A stretch of 64,000 bases of DNA. It comes from an uncultured archaeon (GTDB lineage: Archaea; Asgardarchaeota; Lokiarchaeia; Sigyniarchaeales; SOKP01). A program made the position numbers and the translations under genes. Under the pieces are notes generated by a model. The model ran no database searches. It worked only from the letters and a program-made list of their open reading frames with translations, and was not told the origin of the DNA. Positions 40,619 to 51,824 of the stretch are shown here, piece by piece. The stretch is from assembly GCA_964486045.1 (NCBI GenBank), contig CAZALK010000014.1, forward strand, positions 32,001-96,000, read 5' to 3'. Each line of letters begins with the position of its first letter. Position 1 is the first letter of the stretch.

Positions 40619-41368
40619 ATGGTAAAAATTGGAATTATTGGCGGTTCTGGATTAGATAACCCGGAAATAATGAAAGATGCTAAGGATATAGATGTTGAAA
40701 CATCATATGGAAAACCTAGTTCTCCTTTAAAATTAGGAAAAATAAATGATATTGACGTGGTGCTCATCGCTAGACATGGGAGAGAGCATACTATTCCTCC
40801 GACGCAAATAAATTATAGAGCGAACATACAAGCGTTAAAAGATCAAGGCTGTTCTCATATACTTGCAACAACAGCTTGTGGAAGTTTGAGAGAAGAGATA
40901 GAACGAGGTGATCTTGTTATTCTTAACCAATTTATAGACTTTACCCGACTCCGGAAAGTATCATTTTTTGAGGAATTTCATCCTGGGGATATGAAACATA
41001 CACCAATGGCTGATCCATATTCAGCAGAGTTGAGAAAAATTATTATAGAAACTGCAAAAGAGCTTAATATTAAACATCATGAAACAGGAACAGTAGTCAC
41101 AATTGAAGGACCAAGATTCTCTACAAGAGCTGAATCAAACATGTTTAGGATATGGGGTGCAGATGTAATAAATATGAGCATCGCTCCTGAAACAATTTTA
41201 GCAAATGAAGCAAATATCCCTTATGCAGCAATCGCTATGTCTACAGATTATGATTGCTGGAAAGAAGATGAAGTTCCTGTGACATGGGAAGAAATTGTTG
41301 AAATATTTGGCAAAAATGTTGATAATGTTATCGCTTTATTGATAAATACAATAAAAAAAATTCAATAA
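40619..41368 (+). CDS. mtnP: S-methyl-5'-thioadenosine phosphorylase
   Basis: IGIIGGSG, RHG..H..PP..INYRAN, EGPRFSTRAES, TDYDCW. Confidence 0.94.
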   Translation: MVKIGIIGGSGLDNPEIMKDAKDIDVETSYGKPSSPLKLGKINDIDVVLIARHGREHTIPPTQINYRANIQALKDQGCSHILATTACGSLREEIERGDLVILNQFIDFTRLRKVSFFEEFHPGDMKHTPMADPYSAELRKIIIETAKELNIKHHETGTVVTIEGPRFSTRAESNMFRIWGADVINMSIAPETILANEANIPYAAIAMSTDYDCWKEDEVPVTWEEIVEIFGKNVDNVIALLINTIKKIQ

Positions 41369-41524
41369 TTTTTCCATTTCACCGATTTTTTTTTCGAAAA
41401 TATAAAAATCGTAAAGGAAAGTGTTGAAAAATTATTAAACAAAAATTTGTATTTTTTTATAAAAAAATTGATATTCCTTTAAGTGTTTTTACAATTAATA
41501 ATTCTATTTTAAATCGAATATATC

Positions 41525-42832
41525 ATGGTTAAGATCTCATTTTTAGGTAGTTGTCGAGAAATAGGTCGTTCGGGGATTTTAGTAGAATCAAAGAATGGGA
41601 CCCAATGCATTTTAGATTATGGTATTGGATTCAATGGTGAAGACAGGTTACCTCTTAAAGTAGATATTAACAATCTTAAAGCTATAGCATTAACTCATAG
41701 CCATATCGATCATTCGGGTGGATTACCCTTTTTATATAAGGCAAGAAAGGTCCCTTTCTTTACAAATCCTGTTTCTATTGCAACAGCAGAAATTCTAATT
41801 AGAGATATGATCAAGATCTCGAATTACCCTTATCCTTTTGGATATAGAGAATTAAATTATCTTCGGCAAAATTCATTTTTTCTCAAAAATAAATCACGTC
41901 AGAGAGTAGCTGATAATTTTTTTTTAACTTTTACTAATGCAGGGCACATTCCTGGAAGTGTATCCATTTTACTCGAAGTAGATAATAAAAAGATTTTATA
42001 TACAGGTGATATAAACACACAAACTGCTAATTTGATCAATCCTGCAAGCCCCACCGACATCCCTGATATAGATGCTTTAATTATAGAATCCACATATGCA
42101 TTAAGAGAGCATTCCCCACGAGAGGTTATTGAGGAAACTTTTATTGAAAAGATAACTACCATTATTGATAACGGAGGTACGGTCTTAATTCCGGCGTTTG
42201 GTGTTGCTCGTTCCCAAGAGATACTGTTACTTTTGGAGAAATTTAACTTTAAAGGAAAAGTCTTTATTGATGGTTTAGCTAGAAAAATTTCGAGATTGTA
42301 TTTAGAATATCCCGATTCAATTAAAAACATAAAATCGTTAAGAAGTGCAATTAGAAGAGCTCAGTTTATTTCAACACCAAAAACAAGGAATAATGCAAAA
42401 CAATCGAATGGTGTAATAATATCCCCATCGGGGATGCTTAAAGGAGGTGCTGCAATTGAATACATCCCCTCAATACTAGCAGATAAAAAATCAGGAGTTT
42501 ATCTGGTGGGGTATCAGATCGAAGGATCTCCAGGAAGAGTTTTAATAGATAAAGGAGTTTTTGAATTTAGGGAAAGGAAAAGACAGAGAATTAAAAGTGT
42601 AGATTTACGCATAGAAGCGAAATGTGATTATAATTATTATGATTTTTCAAGTCATGCCGATAATATACATATTCATGAGTATATCGAAAACCTAAAGTTT
42701 AAGAAGAGTTCGAATAGTGATATTTTTTGTATTCACGGAGATAATAAATCAACTACTAGTTTAGCAAGTGCATTAGTTTCCAGAAATTACAACTCAGTAG
42801 CCCCTGAGACAGGAGAGATATACCTTGTTTAG
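41525..42832 (+). CDS. beta-CASP metallo-beta-lactamase ribonuclease (aCPSF2-like, no KH domain)
   Basis: THSHIDHSG, AGHIPGS, YTGD, ESTY, PAFGVARSQE, FSSHAD, HGD. Confidence 0.9.
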   Translation: MVKISFLGSCREIGRSGILVESKNGTQCILDYGIGFNGEDRLPLKVDINNLKAIALTHSHIDHSGGLPFLYKARKVPFFTNPVSIATAEILIRDMIKISNYPYPFGYRELNYLRQNSFFLKNKSRQRVADNFFLTFTNAGHIPGSVSILLEVDNKKILYTGDINTQTANLINPASPTDIPDIDALIIESTYALREHSPREVIEETFIEKITTIIDNGGTVLIPAFGVARSQEILLLLEKFNFKGKVFIDGLARKISRLYLEYPDSIKNIKSLRSAIRRAQFISTPKTRNNAKQSNGVIISPSGMLKGGAAIEYIPSILADKKSGVYLVGYQIEGSPGRVLIDKGVFEFRERKRQRIKSVDLRIEAKCDYNYYDFSSHADNIHIHEYIENLKFKKSSNSDIFCIHGDNKSTTSLASALVSRNYNSVAPETGEIYLV

Positions 42833-42875
42833 ATTAATTTATCTTTTAGATAAATAATGTGGTTTATACTATATT

Positions 42876-44396
42876 TCATTTGGTTTGTAATTGATTACGG
42901 ACGACTATATCACAATTATCTAAAAATTCTTCTACTTTTTTAGTAGGAATCTTAGTTCCTGCTGCGGGAGGGTGTCCACCCCCTAATGTTTCTATATTAG
43001 AGCGTTTACTAGCTTTTCTTATAACCTCTGATAGATTGACTCCCTGACTAACAATTTTTTCATGTGCTCTTCCTGAAACTTTGTACACATCCTCATCCTC
43101 CCTCTTAGCTAATCCAAATATTGGTTTTGAATGATCTACTCCTTTAAAGTGTTCAAATATTAAAATTGATGTTATTGTACCTATAATACTCTCAGGTATT
43201 ACACCTTCACCATAATAATATTGTATCGAGTCTTTTTGCTGGATTTTGTCATTTTCTTCAATCCAAGAAAGGCTCTCACCTAGTTTTTTTTTGTAAGATT
43301 TTAATACATTCGTAGATTGTTGATAAATCTCTTTTCTATCTCCCATTGCAATGGCAATTCCTAATGAAGCATTATGCGTTCTACCGCAAGCGTTTAGAAG
43401 ATTAGAAAATTCTTTAATATCGTGAATTTTCGAATTAGGGGATTCGTTTGATAAAAGATATCTGTTTATAATTAATTTTTTTATAATTTTATTTGGGTCT
43501 AAATCTAATTTAATTGATGCATATTCAATAATCGCTGATGAGATCTTTTGCTTTTCATCTTGATCTAGTTCATTTAGCGTTTTTATTTTACCATCAGAAT
43601 TTTCCATTAGAATTCCTCTGGTTTTCAAGAAAATTAAAGCTCTATTTACATCTTTGGATAAACCAGGTAATTGAATTTCATTTGAATACGCTATTGCCTC
43701 ATTTAATGGCTTTAATGTCGAAAAATTTAGATCGGTTACGACCTCGATTTGCCTAGAATTCATTGCATCTTCTAAAATTAAATTATTCAATCCTAAAAAC
43801 GATTTATTCAAACCTTGATTTTGGATATCTCCGATTGCTCCAACTAAACCAAGAGGAGATAAGTCAATATTATCTTGGTTTAGACATTTTGCGAAGTAAT
43901 AGCATAAACCAGCACCAGAGATTTCAATACTCCCATCAAATCCAAAGAAATAGGGATTAATTTGCCAATCTTTTGTCGCTTCATGAATTTCTTCAATTAA
44001 ATTGAGATCTTCTTTTGAAGAAACATTTTGAGGAATATGGTGATCTAAAACTAGAAAATCAGTAATTTTCTTCTTTTGAATCAATTCTTTCTGTAATTCT
44101 AGATATTGACCACTCCCAAAATCAGAAAAGATTAGATAATTACTATAATCTTCAACTTTTTGTATGATCCGTGAAATTTCTCGTTTTTCTAATTGTCTAA
44201 GTACGGTTATTTGAAAGGGAATATTTTCTCGATACAATGCCTTACCGAGAATTGCTCCTGAACTTAATCCATCAGCATCTAGATGAGTGTAAATATGAAT
44301 TGGCGCTTCTCTACTATCTTTTTGACTTAAAAACGACTGTTTGATCTTCTTCAGATTCGCATTCAGTTTCCCTAACTTTATTTTTTCATTATTCAT
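42876..44396 (-). CDS. RecJ/Cdc45-like DHH-DHHA1 nuclease
   Basis: HLDADG, SDFG, LDHH, GDIQ, LLNACGR, GGGHPPAAG. Confidence 0.9.
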   Translation of the reverse strand: MNNEKIKLGKLNANLKKIKQSFLSQKDSREAPIHIYTHLDADGLSSGAILGKALYRENIPFQITVLRQLEKREISRIIQKVEDYSNYLIFSDFGSGQYLELQKELIQKKKITDFLVLDHHIPQNVSSKEDLNLIEEIHEATKDWQINPYFFGFDGSIEISGAGLCYYFAKCLNQDNIDLSPLGLVGAIGDIQNQGLNKSFLGLNNLILEDAMNSRQIEVVTDLNFSTLKPLNEAIAYSNEIQLPGLSKDVNRALIFLKTRGILMENSDGKIKTLNELDQDEKQKISSAIIEYASIKLDLDPNKIIKKLIINRYLLSNESPNSKIHDIKEFSNLLNACGRTHNASLGIAIAMGDRKEIYQQSTNVLKSYKKKLGESLSWIEENDKIQQKDSIQYYYGEGVIPESIIGTITSILIFEHFKGVDHSKPIFGLAKREDEDVYKVSGRAHEKIVSQGVNLSEVIRKASKRSNIETLGGGHPPAAGTKIPTKKVEEFLDNCDIVVRNQLQTK

Positions 44397-44519
44397 TTTT
44401 TTGACAAAATAAAATAATCATAAATTCAAAATTGAAAATATACTATATATAATAAAATGAAATATCAAAATAATAATAAATACTCAAGTAAAAAAGTAAA
44501 TCTAGTAAGGTGAAAATAT

Positions 44520-45515
44520 ATGCTTCATATACAAATTAATGAACTTGCTAAGAATCTTGTCGAGAAATTAATCCATAATAAAGAGATATACACGGTCGAA
44601 GTTCATAACCTAGTTAATAACTCTATTGTTCTGGATATGACAAAATCCTCTTGGATTGGGGGAAAATTAATTGGAGAAATATGTATGGGTGGTTTAGGGA
44701 CTGTAGAATTTTCTTATTACAATTTAGATGGTCATTTTATACCAAGCGTTAATGTCCATACTTCAGAGCCGTTAATTTCTTGTATGGCATCTCAATTGGC
44801 CGGTTGGAGTGTGAAATTGAAAAAGGAAGTGGAAAAAAATGGAGTTTCAAAAAAAAAAGTTATTTTTCAATCATTGGGTTCAGGACCGGCTCGTGCTAAA
44901 AGTAGAGTTGAAAAACTTTTTGATGAAATTAATTATACCGACAGTTCTGAATGTGCTGTTATTGTTTTTGAAACTCCGAAATTACCAAATGAGGAAGTTA
45001 TGGATATTGTGGCAGAAAAGTGTGGGGTGGAGGCAAGTAACACTTTTGCCGTTTGCGCTCCAACAGCTTGTTTAGCAGGTTCCATCCAAGTAGCTGCACG
45101 AATTGTTGAAACAGGTATTCATAAACTCCATGAAATTAAATTTCCTATCAACTTAATAAAGGATGGATTTGGAACAACCACAATTGCACCCATTGCTAAA
45201 GATGATCTAGGAGCGATGGGTCGCACAAACGATTCCATAAGTGCAGCAGGGATGACATATTATACAATTGATGTTGAGAAAGATGAAGAAGGGGATTTAT
45301 TTGAACTTATAAATAAGGCTCCAGCTAATACCTCTTCCAGTTACGGAAAACCCTTTATTGAAACATTCAAGGAGGCAAATTTTAACTTTTATGACATTGA
45401 TCCGGGATTATTTGCTCCAGCAACCTATACTTTTACGAATATTCGAACAGGAAAAAGTAAAACCGTTGGAAAAACAAATCATGCATTACTCAAGCAATCC
45501 TATGGATTTGAGTAA
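44520..45515 (+). CDS. mch: Methenyl-H4MPT cyclohydrolase
   Basis: EICMGGLG, ASQLAGW, GSGPARA, APT...AGS.QV.AR.VETG.HK, AMGRTND, S.YGKPF, FY.IDPGLFAPA. Confidence 0.96.
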   Translation: MLHIQINELAKNLVEKLIHNKEIYTVEVHNLVNNSIVLDMTKSSWIGGKLIGEICMGGLGTVEFSYYNLDGHFIPSVNVHTSEPLISCMASQLAGWSVKLKKEVEKNGVSKKKVIFQSLGSGPARAKSRVEKLFDEINYTDSSECAVIVFETPKLPNEEVMDIVAEKCGVEASNTFAVCAPTACLAGSIQVAARIVETGIHKLHEIKFPINLIKDGFGTTTIAPIAKDDLGAMGRTNDSISAAGMTYYTIDVEKDEEGDLFELINKAPANTSSSYGKPFIETFKEANFNFYDIDPGLFAPATYTFTNIRTGKSKTVGKTNHALLKQSYGFE

Positions 45516-45549
45516 ACAAAATCTCTTTTTTTAAAATATTTAAAATAAG

Positions 45550-46569
45550 CTAAATATTTGTTAGTTCTTCTTCGTACTTTGAAATTTCTTCCAAAGAAAT
45601 ATCCCTATCAAAAATAATTTTCTTTTGTATCCCTAAATACGCACATGCAAGTTTAGCAGCAGCTGCAACTTCTGCTTTTTTAAGAGTAATCGAATACTCA
45701 TCCTGTTGAAATTGGTCTTCTTGATATTTCTTCTCTTGATTTCGGTGATCCTGAAATCGAGAAACTCTTTCATTTTTCATTCTATATAACAAAGATGACA
45801 TTTTATTAGCTACTTTGAAGCGTAATTGGTTTTTAACTACTAAACGGATTATATTATTAACATCAAAATAATTGAGAGTTTCATATTTTGCTCGTAGAAA
45901 GCTTTTAAGATTTTCAGAGTTTCTTTCGCATTCTATTTCAGTCCAATCATGAATAGCTAACTTCCTTCTGAAGAAAATTAACTCCCAATCAAATCCAAGT
46001 TCTTTTAAAAATTCGAGTAATTTGTTTTCATTAGGGAGCCTTGATTCTATAACAATATAGAGCTGTAAACCATAATATTTGTGTTCTTGTTGAAGGAAAA
46101 AACCTCTCTGCTGCATTGAAGCAAGAATCAATAACTTTATAGAGAAAATGTTTTCAGAAACATTTTTCTTGCTGCAATTTAAGTAGAATACATTTCCTTC
46201 TTCACTAACGTATTCACAATCTACGAATCCTAAAATACTCTCCTTATTTTCCTCAATAAATGTATTTAATCCGGTAAGAGTCGGTTTAACATCAAAACTT
46301 ATTAAGTCATTCTCGCCTATTGTGACGTAGTCATTATAATTGCTACCAATCGCCAATTTTATTGAATTTAATTTAAACTCTTTCTCTACACCAAAAACAT
46401 TTTGAAAGGCTTCATTAATAGGAAATACTTCATCTTCAAGTATTTTTACATCTGCCATAGAACTCTCATATGGCACTGGATCATTTAATACTTTGTTTAA
46501 CACTGGAGCTTCTGAAGCTGCTACTTCAATTTCATACGATTTTACTAAGTCCCTCCTAACAACACACAC
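45550..46569 (-). CDS. Hypothetical protein (frame stays open upstream to 46689)
   Basis: 339-aa ORF with no recognised motif. Confidence 0.65.
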   Translation of the reverse strand: MCVVRRDLVKSYEIEVAASEAPVLNKVLNDPVPYESSMADVKILEDEVFPINEAFQNVFGVEKEFKLNSIKLAIGSNYNDYVTIGENDLISFDVKPTLTGLNTFIEENKESILGFVDCEYVSEEGNVFYLNCSKKNVSENIFSIKLLILASMQQRGFFLQQEHKYYGLQLYIVIESRLPNENKLLEFLKELGFDWELIFFRRKLAIHDWTEIECERNSENLKSFLRAKYETLNYFDVNNIIRLVVKNQLRFKVANKMSSLLYRMKNERVSRFQDHRNQEKKYQEDQFQQDEYSITLKKAEVAAAAKLACAYLGIQKKIIFDRDISLEEISKYEEELTNI

Positions 46570-46820
46570 AGATCTCTTTTTTTTATTGTAAAATGAAATT
46601 GAATTATTATCATCAATTACTGCTCGAAAATGTTCAATGGCTTTGTTTTCTGTATTCTCTGAATTAACTCTTCTTCTCCGAATTTTGAATCAACTAGTTA
46701 TTTTTAATATTATTTCTCTCGTTAATGTATTTATAAAATTATAATCTTAAATTCTTAACTAAAGGAAAAAATAATATCTATAAAATAAATAATAAAACAC
46801 CCTTACAACCTAATAATTTA

Positions 46821-47000
46821 CTAACCTATTTCATCTTCTAAAAAATATTTATTGTTTTTTTTTATATAGACAGTTGTAGAACCAAAGTTATTTCGAACCG
46901 TATATTTATCTCCTTGAATATCTAATATTTCTATTGAATATGAGAGTTTTCTCTGACTTAGAATATCTTCAATTATTTTTTTCTCTTCCTTCGAATCCAT
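46821..47000 (-). CDS. Small hypothetical protein (59 aa)
   Basis: Hand translation: MDSKEEKKIIEDILSQRKLSYSIEILDIQGDKYTVRNNFGSTTVYIKKNNKYFLEDEIG*; below the ORF-track cut-off. Confidence 0.55.
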   Translation of the reverse strand: MDSKEEKKIIEDILSQRKLSYSIEILDIQGDKYTVRNNFGSTTVYIKKNNKYFLEDEIG

Positions 47001-47451
47001 AAATAAAAATTATTTTTTAATTCAAAAATATTTTATCATTTTATTGTTACAATTTTTTTAACCTAAATTGGAGAAATGAAGATTATGAAAGATCAACCTT
47101 CAATTGTAATCTAAATGAAATCATTTCTAAACAAAAAGAAAAACTCTTACAATGTCAAAACTATAATTTTCATTTTAATATAATATTGAGATCCTATGTG
47201 TTCTTATTAAACAATTGATCCTAATCTAAGATTAGAGTTTCGATCAGGATAAAAAATTAAAAAACTGTAACCCAAATAAGAAATTAGAAACCAATTATAC
47301 AAGAATTTTACAAAACAATTGATTTATTCACTTTATTAAAAATTTGAGTTTTTTTTAATAATCAGTTTTTTATATAAATAAGTATTTTATCAAAGTGTAT
47401 CAAAAAAGAAACAAGTTATATCACTAATCAATCTCGCACCTTTAAAGCAAT

Positions 47452-48702
47452 ATGGCTAAGCAGATACTTGACATCGGATTTTTCACTAGTATGTATTCCC
47501 AAGTCAATGGTACAGCTATTGCATGCCGAAATCTCGCGGAATCAATAGCCAAACAAACTGACCATAATGTTCATATTTATGCACCTGGTATTCAAAGAAC
47601 AAATAAGGAACCTAAAAATCTCTTTCTACATAACTTTTTAGGGGCAAAAATCTCACCTAAAACTGGCATGGTTTTAAGTTTTCCTCTACATAGATACTTT
47701 TTTTGCAAGCACGATTATCTTGATATAGCACACATCCACACTCATGCTAGTTTTGGCTCAATGGCTATTAATTGGGCTAAATATCTAGGAATCCCAATGT
47801 GTGGTACCCACAATTCTCCACTCTCATTTTATACTTCACAATATATACCTGTAGTAGGAAAGTTATTGTCGAGAATGGATTGGATTTGGCGCTATGAAAG
47901 ACATGTTTTAGACAAATATGATCTTGTATCTGTTCCTACAAAATCTAAGAAATCATTACTCAGAAAACAACGATTCAAGGAACCCATTATCTGCCTTTCA
48001 AATGGGATTAATGAGGACTATTTTACTGATGTTAAGGAAAATGGAATACGAGAAAAATATAATTTGGATAATAAGAAGATCCTGCTTTATGCTTCAAGGC
48101 TTTCTCCTGAGAAACATCAATTAAGTATCATCAAAACATTCAGAAAAATTCACAAAGAGATACCAGATTCACATTTAGTTCTGGTTGGAAGTGATGGGCC
48201 ATTAACATCGGATGTCGTAAAGCTGCTTAATAAAAAAGATTATAAAGATTATGTTTCTTATCTTGGCAGAGTTCCCTTCAAAGATTTATTGAAACTATAC
48301 AATACAGCCGATATATCTTGTTTATGGTCTTGGGTAGAAGCGGAAGGGCTAGTTTTGCTTGAATCTATGGCACAAGGAACACCATGCATAGGATCTAACA
48401 GCCTTGGTATATCAGATGTAATAAGACATGGACAAACTGGATATTTAAGCAGAAATTTAGATGATTTCACGAAAAAGGCAGTAGAATTGCTTAAAGATGA
48501 TGATCTTCGACTTGAAATGGGAAAAAATGCAAGAAAGGTTGCTGAAGGTTATCGGATTAGCAGTATTGCGAAGACGTGGATAAAACTCTATAAGTTTCTG
48601 ATTAATGAGCTTTATCCTCTTAGATATTATAAGAAGGAAAGAAAAGAGAGGGTTAGGTTAGTAAAAGAATTTATCCACAAATTACCTTCAGTTAGTTTTT
48701 AA
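47452..48702 (+). CDS. GT4-family glycosyltransferase
   Basis: PQVNG-like start (SQVNGT), H.HT, SNGI, RLSPEK, EAEGLVLLESMAQGTP. Confidence 0.9.
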   Translation: MAKQILDIGFFTSMYSQVNGTAIACRNLAESIAKQTDHNVHIYAPGIQRTNKEPKNLFLHNFLGAKISPKTGMVLSFPLHRYFFCKHDYLDIAHIHTHASFGSMAINWAKYLGIPMCGTHNSPLSFYTSQYIPVVGKLLSRMDWIWRYERHVLDKYDLVSVPTKSKKSLLRKQRFKEPIICLSNGINEDYFTDVKENGIREKYNLDNKKILLYASRLSPEKHQLSIIKTFRKIHKEIPDSHLVLVGSDGPLTSDVVKLLNKKDYKDYVSYLGRVPFKDLLKLYNTADISCLWSWVEAEGLVLLESMAQGTPCIGSNSLGISDVIRHGQTGYLSRNLDDFTKKAVELLKDDDLRLEMGKNARKVAEGYRISSIAKTWIKLYKFLINELYPLRYYKKERKERVRLVKEFIHKLPSVSF

Positions 48703-48714
48703 TTTTCATCTTTT

Positions 48715-49461
48715 TTAGAAATTGAATTGCTTTCTAACTTTATTTAACTTTCCATTACAGATTGAGCAAAGTCTATATGATTTTTTATCAATTTCTTCAA
48801 TAGTTTTTGAAAATTTCATGACACAAGAATTTTCATTACAATGTTCCGATCCTAATATAATATGTCCGATTTCATGAATTACCTCTTTAATGATTCTCTG
48901 AAAAAACAGATTTTGATCACTTTTTCTATTATAAAAACTTTCTTTCAACTTAAGAGTCGAAACTATACTGCATCGATGTTTTAGATGAGTTTCCCCAAAT
49001 AGAAATAAAATATTTACCTCACTACTAGAATAAATAGGAAGATCCGTAAGGGCTATTATCATCCCGAGTTTTTCTTCTATTCTTTTATCAATTAACAAGC
49101 GATAAAATTTATTTGTGGGATGCATACTTAATTTATTATTACTTTTCCTTAATTCTTTATATTCTTTTTTAATGCCTTTCGAGTAAATCTCCTTTGAGAG
49201 TTTAAATATATCTAAATTTATTATTTCAAAAAAGAATGAATCGTAAACGATGTTCAAATAAGATTCAATTTGTTCAAATAAGTTAATGTTAAAATCACCA
49301 TAAAACAAAATACCCATATGACAGGGTAGTATCAATTTTTTAGGTGTTTTATTGATTAATTCAATTTCTTCAGGAAAAGAAATTCCTATTTTGGTCACAA
49401 ATTTTTTTAATTTCTCCATGTATTTTCGGATTTTTTGCTCGTACTTCTGAAATTTAGACAT
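48715..49461 (-). CDS. Archaemetzincin-like Zn metalloprotease
   Basis: KEVIHEIGH...G.EHC....CVM.FS......D.K...LC..C. Confidence 0.85.
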   Translation of the reverse strand: MSKFQKYEQKIRKYMEKLKKFVTKIGISFPEEIELINKTPKKLILPCHMGILFYGDFNINLFEQIESYLNIVYDSFFFEIINLDIFKLSKEIYSKGIKKEYKELRKSNNKLSMHPTNKFYRLLIDKRIEEKLGMIIALTDLPIYSSSEVNILFLFGETHLKHRCSIVSTLKLKESFYNRKSDQNLFFQRIIKEVIHEIGHIILGSEHCNENSCVMKFSKTIEEIDKKSYRLCSICNGKLNKVRKQFNF

Positions 49462-49608
49462 TGTTTGTGAGGTGTGTTTTATGGATTACCTAAATTAATT
49501 TTCTATTTATATTAAATTAGTTTAAATTCATTATTACTAGGTATTTAAATCATTAATTATATTATAAAATAAATTGCTTTAATTATATTATAAATTGAGC
49601 ACAGAATC

Positions 49609-50613
49609 ATGGCAGAAAATTTAAAAAACTTAGAGGAAATGGATTCCGATCAAACTCTTGTTAAAAAAGACTTCATTCCTCATTTTTTTCCAACCTACAG
49701 GATAAGAAGAAGACTTTATCCAATACCAATAATCCTTGTTGTTGTTATTGCGGGAATTTTATCCTACTTGACATATATTGTAGTGGGTGTTCAAATAGAT
49801 GGCGGGTATGTCTCAGAAAGTGAATACGGAGCAATCGGAGGAATAATTAATGGAATAATATATACAGCAATAGCAGCTCTTTCAGCTTTTATTATAATTT
49901 TTGTAATTAAAAAAAAAGGAATTGGGGCATTGAAGTACATTTTTGGAGTGGGGTTCGGGATTGTAGCTTTTTTTCAGACGTGGTTTTTCGGGGAGATTCT
50001 TTTATATTTAGCTTTTAGCAATAATCCAAGAATATATTACTTATTTGATATTGAATTGATTTTTTTTACCTCTGTATTTACTGTGCTCATCATTTACAAA
50101 TATTTCACATCGACGTCGATAAAAATTAAAAACTTTACGGTATTATATATTGGATTATTAATAGGGGCTTCTATGGGTGTTTTAATGCCACTTTGGACAA
50201 CGTTAGCTATCTTAATTGGAATTTCCTTATGGGATATGTTTGCTGTTTTGTATAAACACGGACCCATAAAACAATTAATTGACATTGTTTCCGAGCCTAA
50301 CGAAACGAGAAATGTTTTATCAGAAGAAGAAATTAATGAGAAAATTGGAAGTGGAGAGTATACTTACGACACCTCGAAATTAGAGATTGGAATTGGTGAT
50401 TTAGCTTTTTATAGTATGCTTACATCAAGTGCTCTCGTTCAATCAAATAACGTTATCGTTATGATTTTAACATCAATAGCTATTATAATCGGAACAGGTG
50501 TGACGATAATGGGATTAAATAGAAATAAAATTCTACCCGGTTTGCCTATCTCTATTTTTCTTGGAATAGGAACAATGCTCATTTCATGGTATATTTTATC
50601 AATTATTTTTTAG
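49609..50613 (+). CDS. Presenilin-like (A22) intramembrane aspartyl protease
   Basis: About 9 TM; SLWDMFAVL...GP, IGIGDLAFYSML (GxGD), LPGLPISI (PAL-like). Confidence 0.88.
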   Translation: MAENLKNLEEMDSDQTLVKKDFIPHFFPTYRIRRRLYPIPIILVVVIAGILSYLTYIVVGVQIDGGYVSESEYGAIGGIINGIIYTAIAALSAFIIIFVIKKKGIGALKYIFGVGFGIVAFFQTWFFGEILLYLAFSNNPRIYYLFDIELIFFTSVFTVLIIYKYFTSTSIKIKNFTVLYIGLLIGASMGVLMPLWTTLAILIGISLWDMFAVLYKHGPIKQLIDIVSEPNETRNVLSEEEINEKIGSGEYTYDTSKLEIGIGDLAFYSMLTSSALVQSNNVIVMILTSIAIIIGTGVTIMGLNRNKILPGLPISIFLGIGTMLISWYILSIIF

Positions 50614-50726
50614 TTTGATAATATTTATTCAAATTGGAAAATATATGTAAAATTTTTAGAATTTTTTTATATCTTATTTCCAAAAAGCTTTTATTAAACT
50701 TACCATAACTAATTAAAAAAGAGTAA

Positions 50727-51764
50727 ATGGATAAAGAAACAATGTCGTTTATTAATGGACTTAAAGATCTTTTTAAAAAACCTCTTTATATTTTAATTAT
50801 AGCTTCATTTATTGTTTCATGGTTTCTGATCCTATTTGGTCGCACATTCATATTTGTTGATGAATATTATTCATTTCTTTTCATCTTCATCGGTGTTTTG
50901 GCCGGATTTAACTTTCTTTTGCTTGTTATATCTTTTTTTAAATCATTAGAAAAATTGCATTATATTGTAATTATTATTGTTTTTTTACTCTCAATACCTA
51001 CAATAATCTTTTTTTGGGGATTCCTTCGTTTATTTTCCTTTGTTTGTCTAATAGCAAATCAATTCCTTACTGCATTCTTTGCTTTCAAACTTTGTATGGA
51101 TTCTTCAACGAAGGTTGATGATTTTCTCTATAAAAATGAAAGATATAACAAATTCACTAGATCATTTGAATTTATATTTTTTGGACTCTTAACCCTATTA
51201 ATTTTTATTGTTACTAGGAACGTTTTAAGAAACCAAATTCCAATAGCAGCCAGAAATAGTGCGAATATCTTTCAAATTATTTTACTTATAAATGCTATTT
51301 TAATTGTAATCGTATTAACTAGATTAATTTTAATAAAAAGATTTGCAGCGTACATCACTTTGTTTTTTGTTTTGGCTTTTTTTTATATTCTCTACATTAT
51401 AATAGATATAATTTCCAAAGCAATATTCCCAGATACTATAGGCTTTCGCTGGTATAGCTTTTTAATTGACCTTTTTTTATTCATTTTTATTATAGGGTCG
51501 GTATTTGATAAAGTCGAGTATTTAGAGAAAAAATTAAAATACCTTCGAGTGGAAACAATATCATTATTTATAATCCTTATGAAACTAATTACTCAATTTA
51601 CAGAAGTCTTTCCCAATTTCTCGGGATTAGACACTCCTCTTGTTGAGAGTCAACAAGTCTATATTTTAATTATTTTTATCATCATTACCCTGATTTTTGG
51701 TATCCATTCAATTTTAGTCCATAAAGAGAGGAAAAAAGATATTGAGATTACAGAAAATAACTGA
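50727..51764 (+). CDS. Multi-pass membrane protein, unknown function
   Basis: About 9-10 hydrophobic helices. Confidence 0.75.
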   Translation: MDKETMSFINGLKDLFKKPLYILIIASFIVSWFLILFGRTFIFVDEYYSFLFIFIGVLAGFNFLLLVISFFKSLEKLHYIVIIIVFLLSIPTIIFFWGFLRLFSFVCLIANQFLTAFFAFKLCMDSSTKVDDFLYKNERYNKFTRSFEFIFFGLLTLLIFIVTRNVLRNQIPIAARNSANIFQIILLINAILIVIVLTRLILIKRFAAYITLFFVLAFFYILYIIIDIISKAIFPDTIGFRWYSFLIDLFLFIFIIGSVFDKVEYLEKKLKYLRVETISLFIILMKLITQFTEVFPNFSGLDTPLVESQQVYILIIFIIITLIFGIHSILVHKERKKDIEITENN

Positions 51765-51824
51765 TTACACTTTAAATTTACAAAAACTTATTTTATTTAG
51801 AACAGATTATTAAAATCTTATCGT

